The notes: generated from the letters alone by a model not told the origin. A DNA stretch of 64,000 nt from an uncultured Candidatus Saccharibacteria bacterium (GCA_964404925.1 CAYOLW010000004.1:8894-72893), one strand, 5' to 3'; positions 10,512 to 19,909 are shown, counted from the first letter of the stretch. Numbers and translations: made by a program.

Positions 10512-10658
10512 ATGTGGCTTGCAATCGTCGTAATTTTCTTTGGTTTACCGGCTTTCTTTTTACAAGTACTAGATAAAAAAGAAAAATGGTACTGGGTGGA
10601 GAATATACTCATAACCCTCATTATCGTTTCGGCTATATACTATTTGACGCAAATGTAA
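10512..10658 (+). CDS. Small hydrophobic protein (48 aa), hypothetical
   Basis: ATG at 10512; MWLAIVVIFFGLPAFFLQVL...IITLIIVSAIYYLTQM gives two predicted TM segments. It is below the track size cutoff and has no homology support. Confidence 0.25.
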   Translation: MWLAIVVIFFGLPAFFLQVLDKKEKWYWVENILITLIIVSAIYYLTQM

Positions 10659-10677
10659 TAGCCTGTGTAAAAATCCT

Positions 10678-10712
10678 TGACTTTTACCTATAAAATTGGT
10701 AATAATAAATTC
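10678..10712 (+). promoter_or_regulatory. Sigma-70-like promoter (TTGACT, 17-bp spacer, TAATAA)
   Basis: cttgacttttacctataaaattggtaataat: a -35 hexamer with 17-bp spacing to an AT-rich -10. Confidence 0.4.
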
Positions 10713-10853
10713 AGTATGAAGTTAAACATTAACCAAATAAAGGCAAATTTTCTAAACCTCGTCGGTTACGTCTTTATTATGTGGCTGGTCTATCCGGCTA
10801 CGTCGAGGGTTGGTGTTTGATTTTTTCTCTAATTAGGTGAAGAAACTAAGCAG

Positions 10854-10887
10854 GAACCCTTGATGATTCAAGGGTTTTTGTTCTTTT
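10854..10887 (+). terminator. Rho-independent terminator
   Basis: Perfect 9-bp stem aacccttga/tcaagggtt with loop tgat, followed by tttgttctttt. Confidence 0.65.
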
Positions 10888-10946
10888 GGGTGTATCCGCG
10901 TTAACCAGACCGACACTCAGCTCTTTCAAAAAAAATAAAATAAATC

Positions 10947-12317
10947 ATGAAAAAGCTTAACCGTCTTCAATTGCTTTACCCGCAAAAGCCTACAAAAAAC
11001 AATTTGAATCCCGAACCGGTGACTTACGAAAGTTTGCATGGTCAACCTACAAATTTTTTCATCATTGGCGTTGATGCCAAAAATCCCTGGGGTGGACAGT
11101 CTCATAAACTAACACCATCAGACGTGCTTACTTTAACACAAGCAGGTATTGAAATTAGGGCAACCCCACACATAGGGTTGCACTGGCCTTCGAATTCGAT
11201 GTATCCCCATATGGGAGTCACAATATGTGACTACATGGGGAATATGTCCGTAGTGGATACTGCGGACGAACCACAGAACATAAAGGAAAATGGTGTGACT
11301 CACCACTGTGCGATTCAAACAGAACCCGTGCTTTCACCATATTTGAAAGTTAATCCGAGTGTTATCCAAAGCAATGGTTATTTATCCGCCAAAAATTTTG
11401 CTAGCAAAACAAACCTTGGATACGTTCACCATGAAGCAAAAAGAATGGCTTTGGGTCGAGAGAATGTAATGTTAGATGCAGATTTACTTACTTTTCCCTG
11501 GATTCACGATTTTTTCCAAGTCATTGTTGAAAATGAAGTTTTCATTTTACAGGGATATGATCAGCGCAAGGGTATTTTCGACCGCTACATCTCTACGGAA
11601 GGAATCGTGACTCGAGTAGATTCACCCGGAAAGGTTTGTAATATTGAGCAGTTTTTGATTATGAAAAGTCAGCACGCAGAAATGATCAGAAATGATTGTT
11701 TGTTGCCTGCAGCAGGATTTTTCCCAATCAAAGAAGCAGTCATTTTGCTTGATTCATTAATTTGTTATTTTCAACAAATTAAACCAGGACTTGCACAAGA
11801 AGAAATTGGCGACACTTACACCGTAAGTGGGATTGACATGATTAACTATACAAAATCTCAACCACTCCGAGATGTGCTTGATAGAATGTATAAATGTCTA
11901 CTTGCTTCTGGAAAGTTTGAATGGTTGCCTCAATTCATGGGACATACCATACTTCCTGGTGGAACCTTTAGGTTTCTTCCATGTAGTGCAGAACAGGGTT
12001 TGTTGGAAAGCGTATTAAAATTGATTGATCTGCATAAACAGAGAGCAGAATTAAATTTTGGACTCGCCAATGTGGGAGATGACCACAATGAACGCGCTCA
12101 TTTATTGTTATGGAGTAAAGAAATCATTAACCCAAGTTTTGTAATTGAAAGGAAAAACTTCCGTAGATTGCTTTCTGAGCGTAGAGGATTCAGTCAGTTT
12201 GACCTGTTAAACGGTGATTTCGTTCCTGAAGAAGTTGTTAGGCCTTTAATGTCTTTGAGTTTTGAACAAATTAACAATCTTGTTAAAGTCGAAGACAAAG
12301 AGGAACAGGCAGCATAA
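10947..12317 (+). CDS. Hypothetical protein, 456 aa, no recognisable domain
   Basis: Long ORF with its own upstream terminator and a downstream terminator. It is Cys/His/Trp-rich (GVDAKNPWGG, HHCAIQTEP, GDDHNERAHLLLW). I recognise no family. Confidence 0.55.
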   Translation: MKKLNRLQLLYPQKPTKNNLNPEPVTYESLHGQPTNFFIIGVDAKNPWGGQSHKLTPSDVLTLTQAGIEIRATPHIGLHWPSNSMYPHMGVTICDYMGNMSVVDTADEPQNIKENGVTHHCAIQTEPVLSPYLKVNPSVIQSNGYLSAKNFASKTNLGYVHHEAKRMALGRENVMLDADLLTFPWIHDFFQVIVENEVFILQGYDQRKGIFDRYISTEGIVTRVDSPGKVCNIEQFLIMKSQHAEMIRNDCLLPAAGFFPIKEAVILLDSLICYFQQIKPGLAQEEIGDTYTVSGIDMINYTKSQPLRDVLDRMYKCLLASGKFEWLPQFMGHTILPGGTFRFLPCSAEQGLLESVLKLIDLHKQRAELNFGLANVGDDHNERAHLLLWSKEIINPSFVIERKNFRRLLSERRGFSQFDLLNGDFVPEEVVRPLMSLSFEQINNLVKVEDKEEQAA

Positions 12318-12342
12318 GTTTTATTTTTTTAATCCAACATTA

Positions 12343-12391
12343 AGGGATACTGAGCTTTCGAGCTATCAAAACAGTATCCCTTTATTTTTTT
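12343..12391 (+). terminator. Rho-independent terminator (long-loop hairpin plus T-tract)
   Basis: agggatactg ... cagtatccct 10-bp stem followed by ttatttttttat. Confidence 0.55.
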
Positions 12392-12415
12392 ATAATTTAC
12401 AGTAAGATACATATT

Positions 12416-13417
12416 ATGAATAAATATCGCATTATCGACGGACATCAAGACATATCTTTCAACTCTTTGCATGTCACGGGCAAGGATTTTTTGGCGAAAA
12501 ATAGCTTTGATGAATCACACCTTTTGTCTGCACCACGGCTCAACCAGTCGGACTATGTACGGCTCACGCAGAGCGGGGTAAAGGTGGTATTTGGGGTTTG
12601 TTTTCCATATAAATTTGATGGAAAAAGTATAATTTCGAGCACAGACATCTGCCAAGAGGAGATGGAGCGTCAGTTGGATTATTACAATGATCTAGAGGTG
12701 AGAAGTGAAGGCAGAGTTAAAATAATACGTACGAAAGCAGATCTAGAGACAGTGCTTGATACAGACGGCATGCTAGGCATAGTCTTGCTTGCCGAGGATG
12801 CAATTGGCATTAATATAAATAATATTGAGGGTTTTTATAATAAAGGATTACGTATGATTGGCCCTGTATGGAATCGCGACAATCAGTACGGTGGAGGCAC
12901 AGACAGTAATAACGGCATAACAGAGGACGGTAAAGGTCTACTTAAAAAAATGGAAGAGCTTGGTATTATGCTTGATACAGCTCACATGAATTCAAAACTT
13001 TTTTGGGACGCAATGAATTGTTTCAATGGTAGGGTATTCAATTCTCACACATGCACACTATCGCTTAATCCACATCGCAGGAATCTGGATGATGCACAAA
13101 TTAAAGAAATAGCAGATCGGGGTGGAGTGTTGGGTATTGCTTTTGTACCTGAATTTTTAAACAAAAATACAGAGGATGCAACAATTCATGATGTGGTAGC
13201 GCACATCAATCACGCGGTGGATGTGTGCGACATAGATCATATCGCATTCGGCTCAGACTTTGATGGCATGTCTTGGCCTAAATATGTACCTAGTCTTAAA
13301 GATACGAGTGAGTATATAAATCTAGTTAAAGGGTTAGAAAAAGTATATTCACCAGAAGATGTAGAGAAAATTATCTATAATAATTGGAAAAATTTCTTAC
13401 TTTCGGCACTGGCTTAA
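12416..13417 (+). CDS. Membrane (renal-type) dipeptidase, peptidase family M19
   Basis: IDGHQD metal-ligand motif at the N-terminus, conserved His at AHMNS and NSHT, and the GSDFDG M19 signature near the C-terminus. Confidence 0.78.
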   Translation: MNKYRIIDGHQDISFNSLHVTGKDFLAKNSFDESHLLSAPRLNQSDYVRLTQSGVKVVFGVCFPYKFDGKSIISSTDICQEEMERQLDYYNDLEVRSEGRVKIIRTKADLETVLDTDGMLGIVLLAEDAIGININNIEGFYNKGLRMIGPVWNRDNQYGGGTDSNNGITEDGKGLLKKMEELGIMLDTAHMNSKLFWDAMNCFNGRVFNSHTCTLSLNPHRRNLDDAQIKEIADRGGVLGIAFVPEFLNKNTEDATIHDVVAHINHAVDVCDIDHIAFGSDFDGMSWPKYVPSLKDTSEYINLVKGLEKVYSPEDVEKIIYNNWKNFLLSALA

Positions 13418-13444
13418 AATGCCGGTTTGCGTTAGTATATCTAT

Positions 13445-14851
13445 ATGCAAAATAGAATTTTAATTAAAGATTTAAACACTAAAGTAGGCGGAGAGGTGAC
13501 TATTGCTGGGTGGGTCAATGTACGCAGAGACCAAGGGAAAATGATATTTATGGATTTCCGAGATATGACCGGCTTGGTGCAGGGGGTTATTTTGCCTGGT
13601 AGTGAAGCTATGGAGACAGGTAAAGAAGTCCGCCCAGAATGGGTCGTGCAGGTTCGTGGCAAGGTCAACGAACGTCCAGAAAGGAACAAAAAAGCAGATG
13701 TGTTAAATGGTGATATAGAACTTGAAATACTGGGCATAGAAGTATTAAACAAAGCAGAGACCCTACCATACCCAATAGATGGTGATACTCGGGAGGTGAA
13801 TGAAGATGCTCGTTTGAAATACCGATATTTAGATCTACGCAATGACAGGATGCAGCACAATATGCGAATGCGTTCCAAGGTACAGAATTTGGTGAGGAAC
13901 CACCTTGCAGAAGAAGGATTTACTGAAGTTGAAACCCCACTCATGTCCGCGCCAACACCCGAGGGTTCTAGATCTTTTGTGGTACCAAGTCGTATATATC
14001 CAGGGAATTTTTACTCCCTACCGCAGTCTCCGCAGCAATACAAGCAGCTGTTAATGGTGGCTGGATTTGAGAAATATTTCCAATTTGCTAAATGCATGCG
14101 CGACGAAGATACTCGTGGGGACAGGCAGCCAGAATTCACGCAGCTTGATATGGAATTGTCTTTTGTTACCGAGGAAGACGTAATGGCACTGAATGAAAAG
14201 CTTCTTATTAAACTCGTTCAAGAACTCTATCCAGAAAAGAAAATTCAGCAGATACCTTTCCCACGGATTTCATACAATGAAGCCATGGAGAAATATGGCA
14301 ATGATCGTCCAGACATCCGAGAAGATAAAAATGATCCCAACCTACTCGCATTCCTATGGGTGGTTGATTTCCCAATGTTTGAGAAGACCGGGGAGGATAA
14401 CGTAGACGGTACTGGTGAATGGACTTTTACTCACAACCCTTTTTCCAAGCCTCGGGCAGAACATATGGATGATTTCATGAATAAAAAGAACATTGGTGAA
14501 ATACTGACAACCCAGTATGATATTACATTAAACGGATATGAGATAGGTGGCGGTAGTATCAGAAACCACGAAGCCAGCGCGCTAAGGAATACTTTTGAAA
14601 TAATGGGTTACAATGCAGATAGAATAGATTTAAACTTCAAACACATGCTTGAAGCGCTGGATTTCGGTGCGCCACCACACGGAGGTATTGCTTGGGGGTT
14701 TGATCGATTGATGATGATACTCCATAACGAGCCAAATATTCGAGAAGTTATTCCTTTCGCTAAAACAGGTGAAGGTAAAGACCTCATGATGAACGCCCCT
14801 GCTAAAATCGCAGAAAATCAGATGAAGGAATTGAAGTTAAAGTCTGTCTAA
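13445..14851 (+). CDS. aspS: Aspartyl-tRNA synthetase, bacterial-type motifs but lacking the GAD insertion domain
   Basis: LPQSPQQYKQLLMVAGFEKYFQFAKCMRDEDTRGDRQPEFTQLD (class II motif 2 region of bacterial AspRS), RISYNEAMEKYGNDRPDIR followed directly by LWVVDFPMFE, and a motif 3 GGSIR...FGAPPHGGIAWGFDR. 468 aa versus about 590 for typical bacterial AspRS. Confidence 0.88.
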   Translation: MQNRILIKDLNTKVGGEVTIAGWVNVRRDQGKMIFMDFRDMTGLVQGVILPGSEAMETGKEVRPEWVVQVRGKVNERPERNKKADVLNGDIELEILGIEVLNKAETLPYPIDGDTREVNEDARLKYRYLDLRNDRMQHNMRMRSKVQNLVRNHLAEEGFTEVETPLMSAPTPEGSRSFVVPSRIYPGNFYSLPQSPQQYKQLLMVAGFEKYFQFAKCMRDEDTRGDRQPEFTQLDMELSFVTEEDVMALNEKLLIKLVQELYPEKKIQQIPFPRISYNEAMEKYGNDRPDIREDKNDPNLLAFLWVVDFPMFEKTGEDNVDGTGEWTFTHNPFSKPRAEHMDDFMNKKNIGEILTTQYDITLNGYEIGGGSIRNHEASALRNTFEIMGYNADRIDLNFKHMLEALDFGAPPHGGIAWGFDRLMMILHNEPNIREVIPFAKTGEGKDLMMNAPAKIAENQMKELKLKSV

Positions 14852-14858
14852 TAGGTTT

Positions 14859-15200
14859 ATGCAGAATAATTTATTGAAGAAAAAATGTGTACCGTGTGAG
14901 GGGAAAGTAGACCCATTTTTACCCGAAGAAGCACGTAATTACATGCCAGATGTCCCTGGATGGGTACTTGCTGATAATGCTAAGAGTGTTGAAAGGGAAT
15001 TTAAATTCACTGATTTTATAGGTGCCATAAATTTCATCAACAATGTAGCCGATATTGCAGAAAGCGAAGGACACCACCCAGATATAGAAATACATTACAA
15101 CAAGGTAAAACTAACCTTAACCACACATTCCATCGGCGGTTTGTCAGAAAACGACTTTATTGTTGCAGCAAAAATTAGTGAATTAAAACCTAGTTTTTAG
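14859..15200 (+). CDS. Pterin-4a-carbinolamine dehydratase (PCD/DCoH)
   Basis: EGHHPD signature, about 113 aa. Confidence 0.85.
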   Translation: MQNNLLKKKCVPCEGKVDPFLPEEARNYMPDVPGWVLADNAKSVEREFKFTDFIGAINFINNVADIAESEGHHPDIEIHYNKVKLTLTTHSIGGLSENDFIVAAKISELKPSF

Positions 15201-16275
15201 TTCCAATAGCAATTAAGAAATCTTTCAGGATATCACTATAAGTTTTGAGGCTTTTTATATCTACCCATTCTTCATCGCTACCGATACCTCCACCAATAGG
15301 GCCAAATTCTACTCCGGGGCAGCCCACATCGGCAAAATGCCTTGCATCTGATGTTCCATTAGCACCACGTAGGATTGCCTTATTTTTTATATTTTTTGTA
15401 GTTGCTTTCGCAAGTTCTACTAAATATTTATTATCTTTCGCGGTAAACATCGGAGGTTCTTTCTCGACAACTTCTAACTTGAGTTTTAATTCTTTAGCTA
15501 GGTTTTTGATTTGAGCCTCGATGGTTTTCTTATCTTCTTCAACAAAGCGTATATCTAAACTAGCAGCACAGTCACTCGGTATTTTATTTATTGAATTATT
15601 GGTTGTCTCAACTTTACTTAGGTTCACAGTTGTAGCCCAAACTTCCTTTTTTGGAATAGGGAATTTCTTTTTTAGATTATTTAAAAATGTGTTAATTTTC
15701 CAAATTGCATTATCTCCACGCCATGGGTAGGCTCCGTGAGCTGTAACACCATTTGCTAAAATTTTAACCCAGAATACGCCCTTGGCTTTGTGCACAATGT
15801 CGAAATTTGTTGGTTCAGTGGCAATTACAAAGTCAGCTCGAGCGCCTTTCTCAACTTGCAATTTCGTACCATTGAATCCGCCCACTTCTTCGTCTGTTAC
15901 AAGCTGAACAGCGACAGGGTAGTTGAGGTCTTTTGCCAATTCTTTAAAAAGTAATATCGCAGCAGCAGCATTACCTTTCATATCCATTGATCCCACACCG
16001 TACAGACGCCCATTTTTTATTTTTGGTATGTAGTTTTCTTCTAGTCCTGGCACAACGTCTAAGTGAACATTAAAAAGAACCTTAAATTTTTTTGGTCTTG
16101 TTGCTGTGTTGTATACGAGCGCGCTTGGAATTCCTTCTCGTTCGAATCTTTCAATTTTATAATCTTGTAAATACGATAGGGCTAAATCTAGTACCTCATT
16201 TAATCCGGTACTATTGCCGTCAAACGACTTTATTGAAACAAATTTCTTAGTTAATTCTAGTATTTCTTTTTCCAT
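15190..16275 (-). CDS. M20 family metallopeptidase (ArgE/DapE/carboxypeptidase G2-like)
   Basis: HLDVVP, GSMDMKG and TDEEVGG metal- and catalytic-residue blocks, 361 aa. Confidence 0.8.
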   Translation of the reverse strand: MEKEILELTKKFVSIKSFDGNSTGLNEVLDLALSYLQDYKIERFEREGIPSALVYNTATRPKKFKVLFNVHLDVVPGLEENYIPKIKNGRLYGVGSMDMKGNAAAAILLFKELAKDLNYPVAVQLVTDEEVGGFNGTKLQVEKGARADFVIATEPTNFDIVHKAKGVFWVKILANGVTAHGAYPWRGDNAIWKINTFLNNLKKKFPIPKKEVWATTVNLSKVETTNNSINKIPSDCAASLDIRFVEEDKKTIEAQIKNLAKELKLKLEVVEKEPPMFTAKDNKYLVELAKATTKNIKNKAILRGANGTSDARHFADVGCPGVEFGPIGGGIGSDEEWVDIKSLKTYSDILKDFLIAIGTKN

Positions 16276-16323
16276 ATAAATTTTAAACCGGGTAGGCGAA
16301 TTATCTCGCTTACCCGGTTTGGA

Positions 16324-17208
16324 TTATAACACAAAACTTAAAACTTTCTGTAGTTGCATTTTGATGCCCTCATCTGTGCCTCGTGGCATGGGACGTACCT
16401 CGATGCACAGTGAATCACCGTAACGTTTTAACCTGAAATACCACCAAATGCTTCGTATGAATAATGGTACGTCTAAATCAATTACATTCTTAAATGATAC
16501 TAAGTTTGTACCTTGTACAACATTGTGCTGACTCAGCTGCCAGCAGTAATTTTCCAACGATTCAAACAGCAGGGGTCCGCCATAACGATCCTCCTTGTAT
16601 GCAGCTTTTGATTGAGTAATGTACTTCCTCCAAATTTTTTCCTGTGGATAGGCTGCAAGAAAAGTGCTGATGTTTTTGCCAAACTTGTTTAGAATCGGCA
16701 CAGCATCAATCAACGATACGCTGAATGTGAACTGAACACTGGAAGTCGTCGCCATAGGTAATAATGCTTCCTTGCCATCTAGTTGCAACCATACAGCATC
16801 GCGTTCATCCGGTATGGCAAGTAGATTTTCGTTTGATTGTAAGACTGGTCCAAAAAAAGGGAAAGCGTCAAAGTTTCGAGCTGCACGGTACAAAATTTGT
16901 AGCGAATTAAGGGTAACATCAAGAATCGATTCCTTGTTAGTGACAAAACTACCAAATTCGATGTTATGACGCCCTAACTCATAGGTGAAGGTGTTACCAT
17001 AGCAGTCTGTAATTCCTGTGATTAGGTTTGCTTTTTGTTGGGTAATCTTCCATCCATGTTGGGATAAGTATCTGAAAATACATTGAGAAGTTTCAAGAGT
17101 GATTGGCGAACCATTAGGTGTAGTAAATTGGGTTTCAACTTCTGAACCAATGGTCTGAAGAGTTTCGGAATTAATTCCTTGGCTTAAAAATTCGATGAGA
17201 TTTTCCAT
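16324..17208 (-). CDS. Glutamate-cysteine ligase family 2 (GCS2/YbdK-like) carboxylate-amine ligase
   Basis: IGSEVETQFTTPNG aligns with YbdK LGIELEMQVVNPPG. C-terminal W..R......G....IEVRP matches the GCS2 W.D.RP....G.VEVR block. The FGxHVH block is degenerate (FGSFV). Confidence 0.55.
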   Translation of the reverse strand: MENLIEFLSQGINSETLQTIGSEVETQFTTPNGSPITLETSQCIFRYLSQHGWKITQQKANLITGITDCYGNTFTYELGRHNIEFGSFVTNKESILDVTLNSLQILYRAARNFDAFPFFGPVLQSNENLLAIPDERDAVWLQLDGKEALLPMATTSSVQFTFSVSLIDAVPILNKFGKNISTFLAAYPQEKIWRKYITQSKAAYKEDRYGGPLLFESLENYCWQLSQHNVVQGTNLVSFKNVIDLDVPLFIRSIWWYFRLKRYGDSLCIEVRPMPRGTDEGIKMQLQKVLSFVL

Positions 17209-17240
17209 GTTATTTTATTGTTTTTGAATGAACAGTGTTT

Positions 17241-17268
17241 AAAGAAAAAACCTTCTCACTTGAGAAGG
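17241..17268 (-). terminator. Rho-independent terminator after the yerC-like gene (minus strand)
   Basis: 8-bp stem ccttctca/tgagaagg with a T-run on the minus strand (aaagaaaaaa on plus). Confidence 0.6.
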
Positions 17269-17289
17269 GATTAGTTTCGAGTATTTTGA

Positions 17290-17703
17290 TTACTTCAAAT
17301 TCAATCCTTTCCCAGGTTTACTTTTATTGCTATGGATTCGATGGAGGACTAATTGGTATCCACCCAACGATCCTTTCAAGAATTTAGCGACTCGTGCAAT
17401 TGTGGCGGTAGACAATCCTGTGGATTCGGCAATTGCATTGTATTGTGTGTTTTGTGAAAGCAGGGAAGCAGCCTCAAGCCTGCGGGCAAACTCCTCTATT
17501 TCACCAATGGTCATAAGGTCACGCAGGAACCTTTCAACTTCATCCTCATTTTTCAAAGATAAAAATACCTGCACTAATTGTGCATTTTTCTTGTCTTGCC
17601 AGTCTGCATCTTGTCCCACAGACTTCACTGTCGAAATCTTGGTATTTTTATTCATTCCTCTGCTCATATTGTCCACTTTATCAAAGTGAATTACTTTAGT
17701 CAA
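17290..17703 (-). CDS. TrpR-like YerC/YecD family DNA-binding protein
   Basis: EIAESTGLSTATIARVAKFLKGSLGGY matches the YerC/YecD TrpR-like HTH. 137 aa, and the start may be internal. Confidence 0.65.
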   Translation of the reverse strand: MTKVIHFDKVDNMSRGMNKNTKISTVKSVGQDADWQDKKNAQLVQVFLSLKNEDEVERFLRDLMTIGEIEEFARRLEAASLLSQNTQYNAIAESTGLSTATIARVAKFLKGSLGGYQLVLHRIHSNKSKPGKGLNLK

Positions 17704-17740
17704 GTAAAGTAATTATTAAGGTCAATTTTTTTTATTTAAA

Positions 17741-18601
17741 TTAAGTTAACTTGATTCTTTTACCTAATATAAAAGCCTCTTCATTTTGTCCATGAGTGTC
17801 GTGTGCAAAAACAATTACACCATTTCTATCTGAATTCACTGGGTGCAAACCATCAAATCCTATCAAGGCGCCTTTTTTAATTGGAGAGAAATCAACAAAC
17901 TTCTTTTTGAGTTTAAAGCTTGCAGATTTGTTTTTATATATTCTCTGCATTTGAAATACCGGCCGTTTATTTTGTTTATTTTTTACTTTATTTTCGTTAT
18001 GTCCTCTAATAATTAGAAAGGAAAGTATTGTTTCTTTTGCTAAATTTACGGCTTTTATATCATCGTGCTGACCGCACTCTACAGTAATGCCTATTTTACC
18101 TTTACTATCCATAAAATCATCGGTGGCCCCTGGTTCTATGTCACCAAATCCCCATACTTCACGTATAAACATCTTGGGTAAAAATGTTGCTATTTTGTGC
18201 CCCTTTTTACTACATATTATAAAAGGTTTGCTGCCGGGATTGGTGGTAGAGTGAATATCAAGCAGGGTATCAGCTTTCGTGAGTATCTTCTTTAGATACT
18301 GAGCCCTCTGGTATTCATAGGTTTTTTTAATTTCTTTTGTATAAAAATTTGCTGTTCGAAAAGTTCTATTTAAATTAAATTCAGTTAGACGGACTTTTTG
18401 TTCAATCGCTCTAGGATTACCGAATACAAAATATACCTTACCTTTTTCAATATTAAGCGTAGGTACAATCTGATAAAAAGCTTTAACTCCACATATTTCA
18501 TTACCGTGTGTTCCAGCCATGATGACACTAGTTGGTCCAGGTTTGCCTGAATCAAGCAGGTATCCGTCTGAGAATTTTTGAAACCATTCTTCTTTATCCA
18601 T
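17741..18601 (-). CDS. Succinylglutamate desuccinylase / aspartoacylase family zinc hydrolase (AstE/AspA-like)
   Basis: AGTHGNEICG (GxHGNE zinc motif), LLDIHST, ITVECGQHDD. Confidence 0.7.
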   Translation of the reverse strand: MDKEEWFQKFSDGYLLDSGKPGPTSVIMAGTHGNEICGVKAFYQIVPTLNIEKGKVYFVFGNPRAIEQKVRLTEFNLNRTFRTANFYTKEIKKTYEYQRAQYLKKILTKADTLLDIHSTTNPGSKPFIICSKKGHKIATFLPKMFIREVWGFGDIEPGATDDFMDSKGKIGITVECGQHDDIKAVNLAKETILSFLIIRGHNENKVKNKQNKRPVFQMQRIYKNKSASFKLKKKFVDFSPIKKGALIGFDGLHPVNSDRNGVIVFAHDTHGQNEEAFILGKRIKLT

Positions 18602-18622
18602 TAAACGGGATTATAACAAAAA

Positions 18623-18657
18623 AACCGCAAAGTGGATATTGCTTCCAAATTGCGGTT
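18623..18657 (-). terminator. Hairpin with long loop plus T-run between the ATP-grasp and AstE-like genes. It may be a terminator or attenuator, and overlaps a TGnTATAAT extended -10 for the AstE-like gene.
   Basis: aaccgcaa / ttgcggtt 8-bp stem with a 19-nt loop. On the minus strand it is followed by tttttttgttataat and the ATG 8 nt later. Confidence 0.4.
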
Positions 18658-18680
18658 CCTTAAAATTTTTTATCAAAAAA

Positions 18681-19871
18681 CTAATAGATTAAACCTTCAA
18701 CTTTCTCCATGAGCGGATTTGTCGCGTTTTTACTGCGACAAACACACGTGACATCCAGGTAGCCATACTCAATAGCTCCGGGGTTCGTGATAAGAACAAA
18801 ATTACCGTTTGCTGGGTTCAACAAATCACCCAAGACTTCCTGAACTTGTTCAAATGAACGAATTTTCGTCTCAGAAAAATGTTTGTGTAAGATAGATACC
18901 TTTCCTAAACGACGTGCTTGTCTCAGTCTTCGAATTGCATCGAAAATAAAAAGAATCGCACCTTTTCTGGGGTTAAGATCACTCCAGAAAATATTGCCAC
19001 CTTCATCAACGAGGACATCGCAGCACATGTAACCAAGGCCACCTAGTGCTAAAATCTCAGAAGTAAGACGTTTAAAACCATCGTCTAACTTTTTGCGCAA
19101 ATTTCGATCAAAAGAAACAGGGAACTCTGTACCCACGTAAGATAAATTTTCACCAATCTGGCCAAAGTAGCCAATGAAGCGCACCTGGCCATCGGTAAGA
19201 ATTTCCCAGTGGACTGCAATCTCACGTTTAACTTGGATTTGTGGCTCTATGATATAGCCCTCATTCAAATCAAGTTCTAAAAAATCCGCTTCGCAATTAA
19301 GTGGAGTTATCATTCCTAAAGACTTGCCACCACTGCCGTAAACCTTTTTGGCGATCAACTGATCTGAATCTAATTCGTTTACCAAATCATTCCAAGATAG
19401 GTCACTTGCTAATGTCATGTCTATAAATGGTAGGGTCGGTATTCCAACTTTGATGAATAGTTCTTTGAAACTGTTTTTCTTTTGATATTCAGTTGCAAAA
19501 TCAAAATTCATATAGGCAGGAATGCCAATCGCATTGGCTAACTGTGCTTCACGATCTGATGGATGGAAAAACTCTAGCCTACCATTGTGTCCATTGAGTT
19601 TCGCTTTAATCTGTTTTTGTATTTCTGGTTTTCCGTATATCAAATCAGACAACGCTTTGTCTGACTCAAAGGGCCCAGCATTTAAAAATTTAGGGATCGG
19701 GTAACCTAAGTTTCTCCAGTAGTTAATATAACTTTGATTAATTGGGTCAGTGGTCACAACAATGTCACAACCACGTGCTTGAGGCAAGGTGCCTCTTTGA
19801 TCAAAGGCTTGTTCGCTGGGAACTCCAATGAAATTTGGGAGACTTTGACTGTCGATGAAAATGCGTATCAT
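18681..19871 (-). CDS. ATP-grasp fold ligase (with pre-ATP-grasp N-domain), putative peptide/amide ligase
   Basis: AKKVYGSGGKSLGMI and GYMCCDVLVDEGGNIFWSDLNPRKG resemble the ATP-grasp K..GSGG.G and E.N.RPG blocks. Start set at the internal ATG 19871 (MIRIFID) because the hairpin 19910-19935 overlaps the upstream ATG 19922. Confidence 0.5.
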   Translation of the reverse strand: MIRIFIDSQSLPNFIGVPSEQAFDQRGTLPQARGCDIVVTTDPINQSYINYWRNLGYPIPKFLNAGPFESDKALSDLIYGKPEIQKQIKAKLNGHNGRLEFFHPSDREAQLANAIGIPAYMNFDFATEYQKKNSFKELFIKVGIPTLPFIDMTLASDLSWNDLVNELDSDQLIAKKVYGSGGKSLGMITPLNCEADFLELDLNEGYIIEPQIQVKREIAVHWEILTDGQVRFIGYFGQIGENLSYVGTEFPVSFDRNLRKKLDDGFKRLTSEILALGGLGYMCCDVLVDEGGNIFWSDLNPRKGAILFIFDAIRRLRQARRLGKVSILHKHFSETKIRSFEQVQEVLGDLLNPANGNFVLITNPGAIEYGYLDVTCVCRSKNATNPLMEKVEGLIY

Positions 19872-19909
19872 GTGATTTGTATTTTGTTGTGAAAGAACGA
19901 GTGAAAAAC

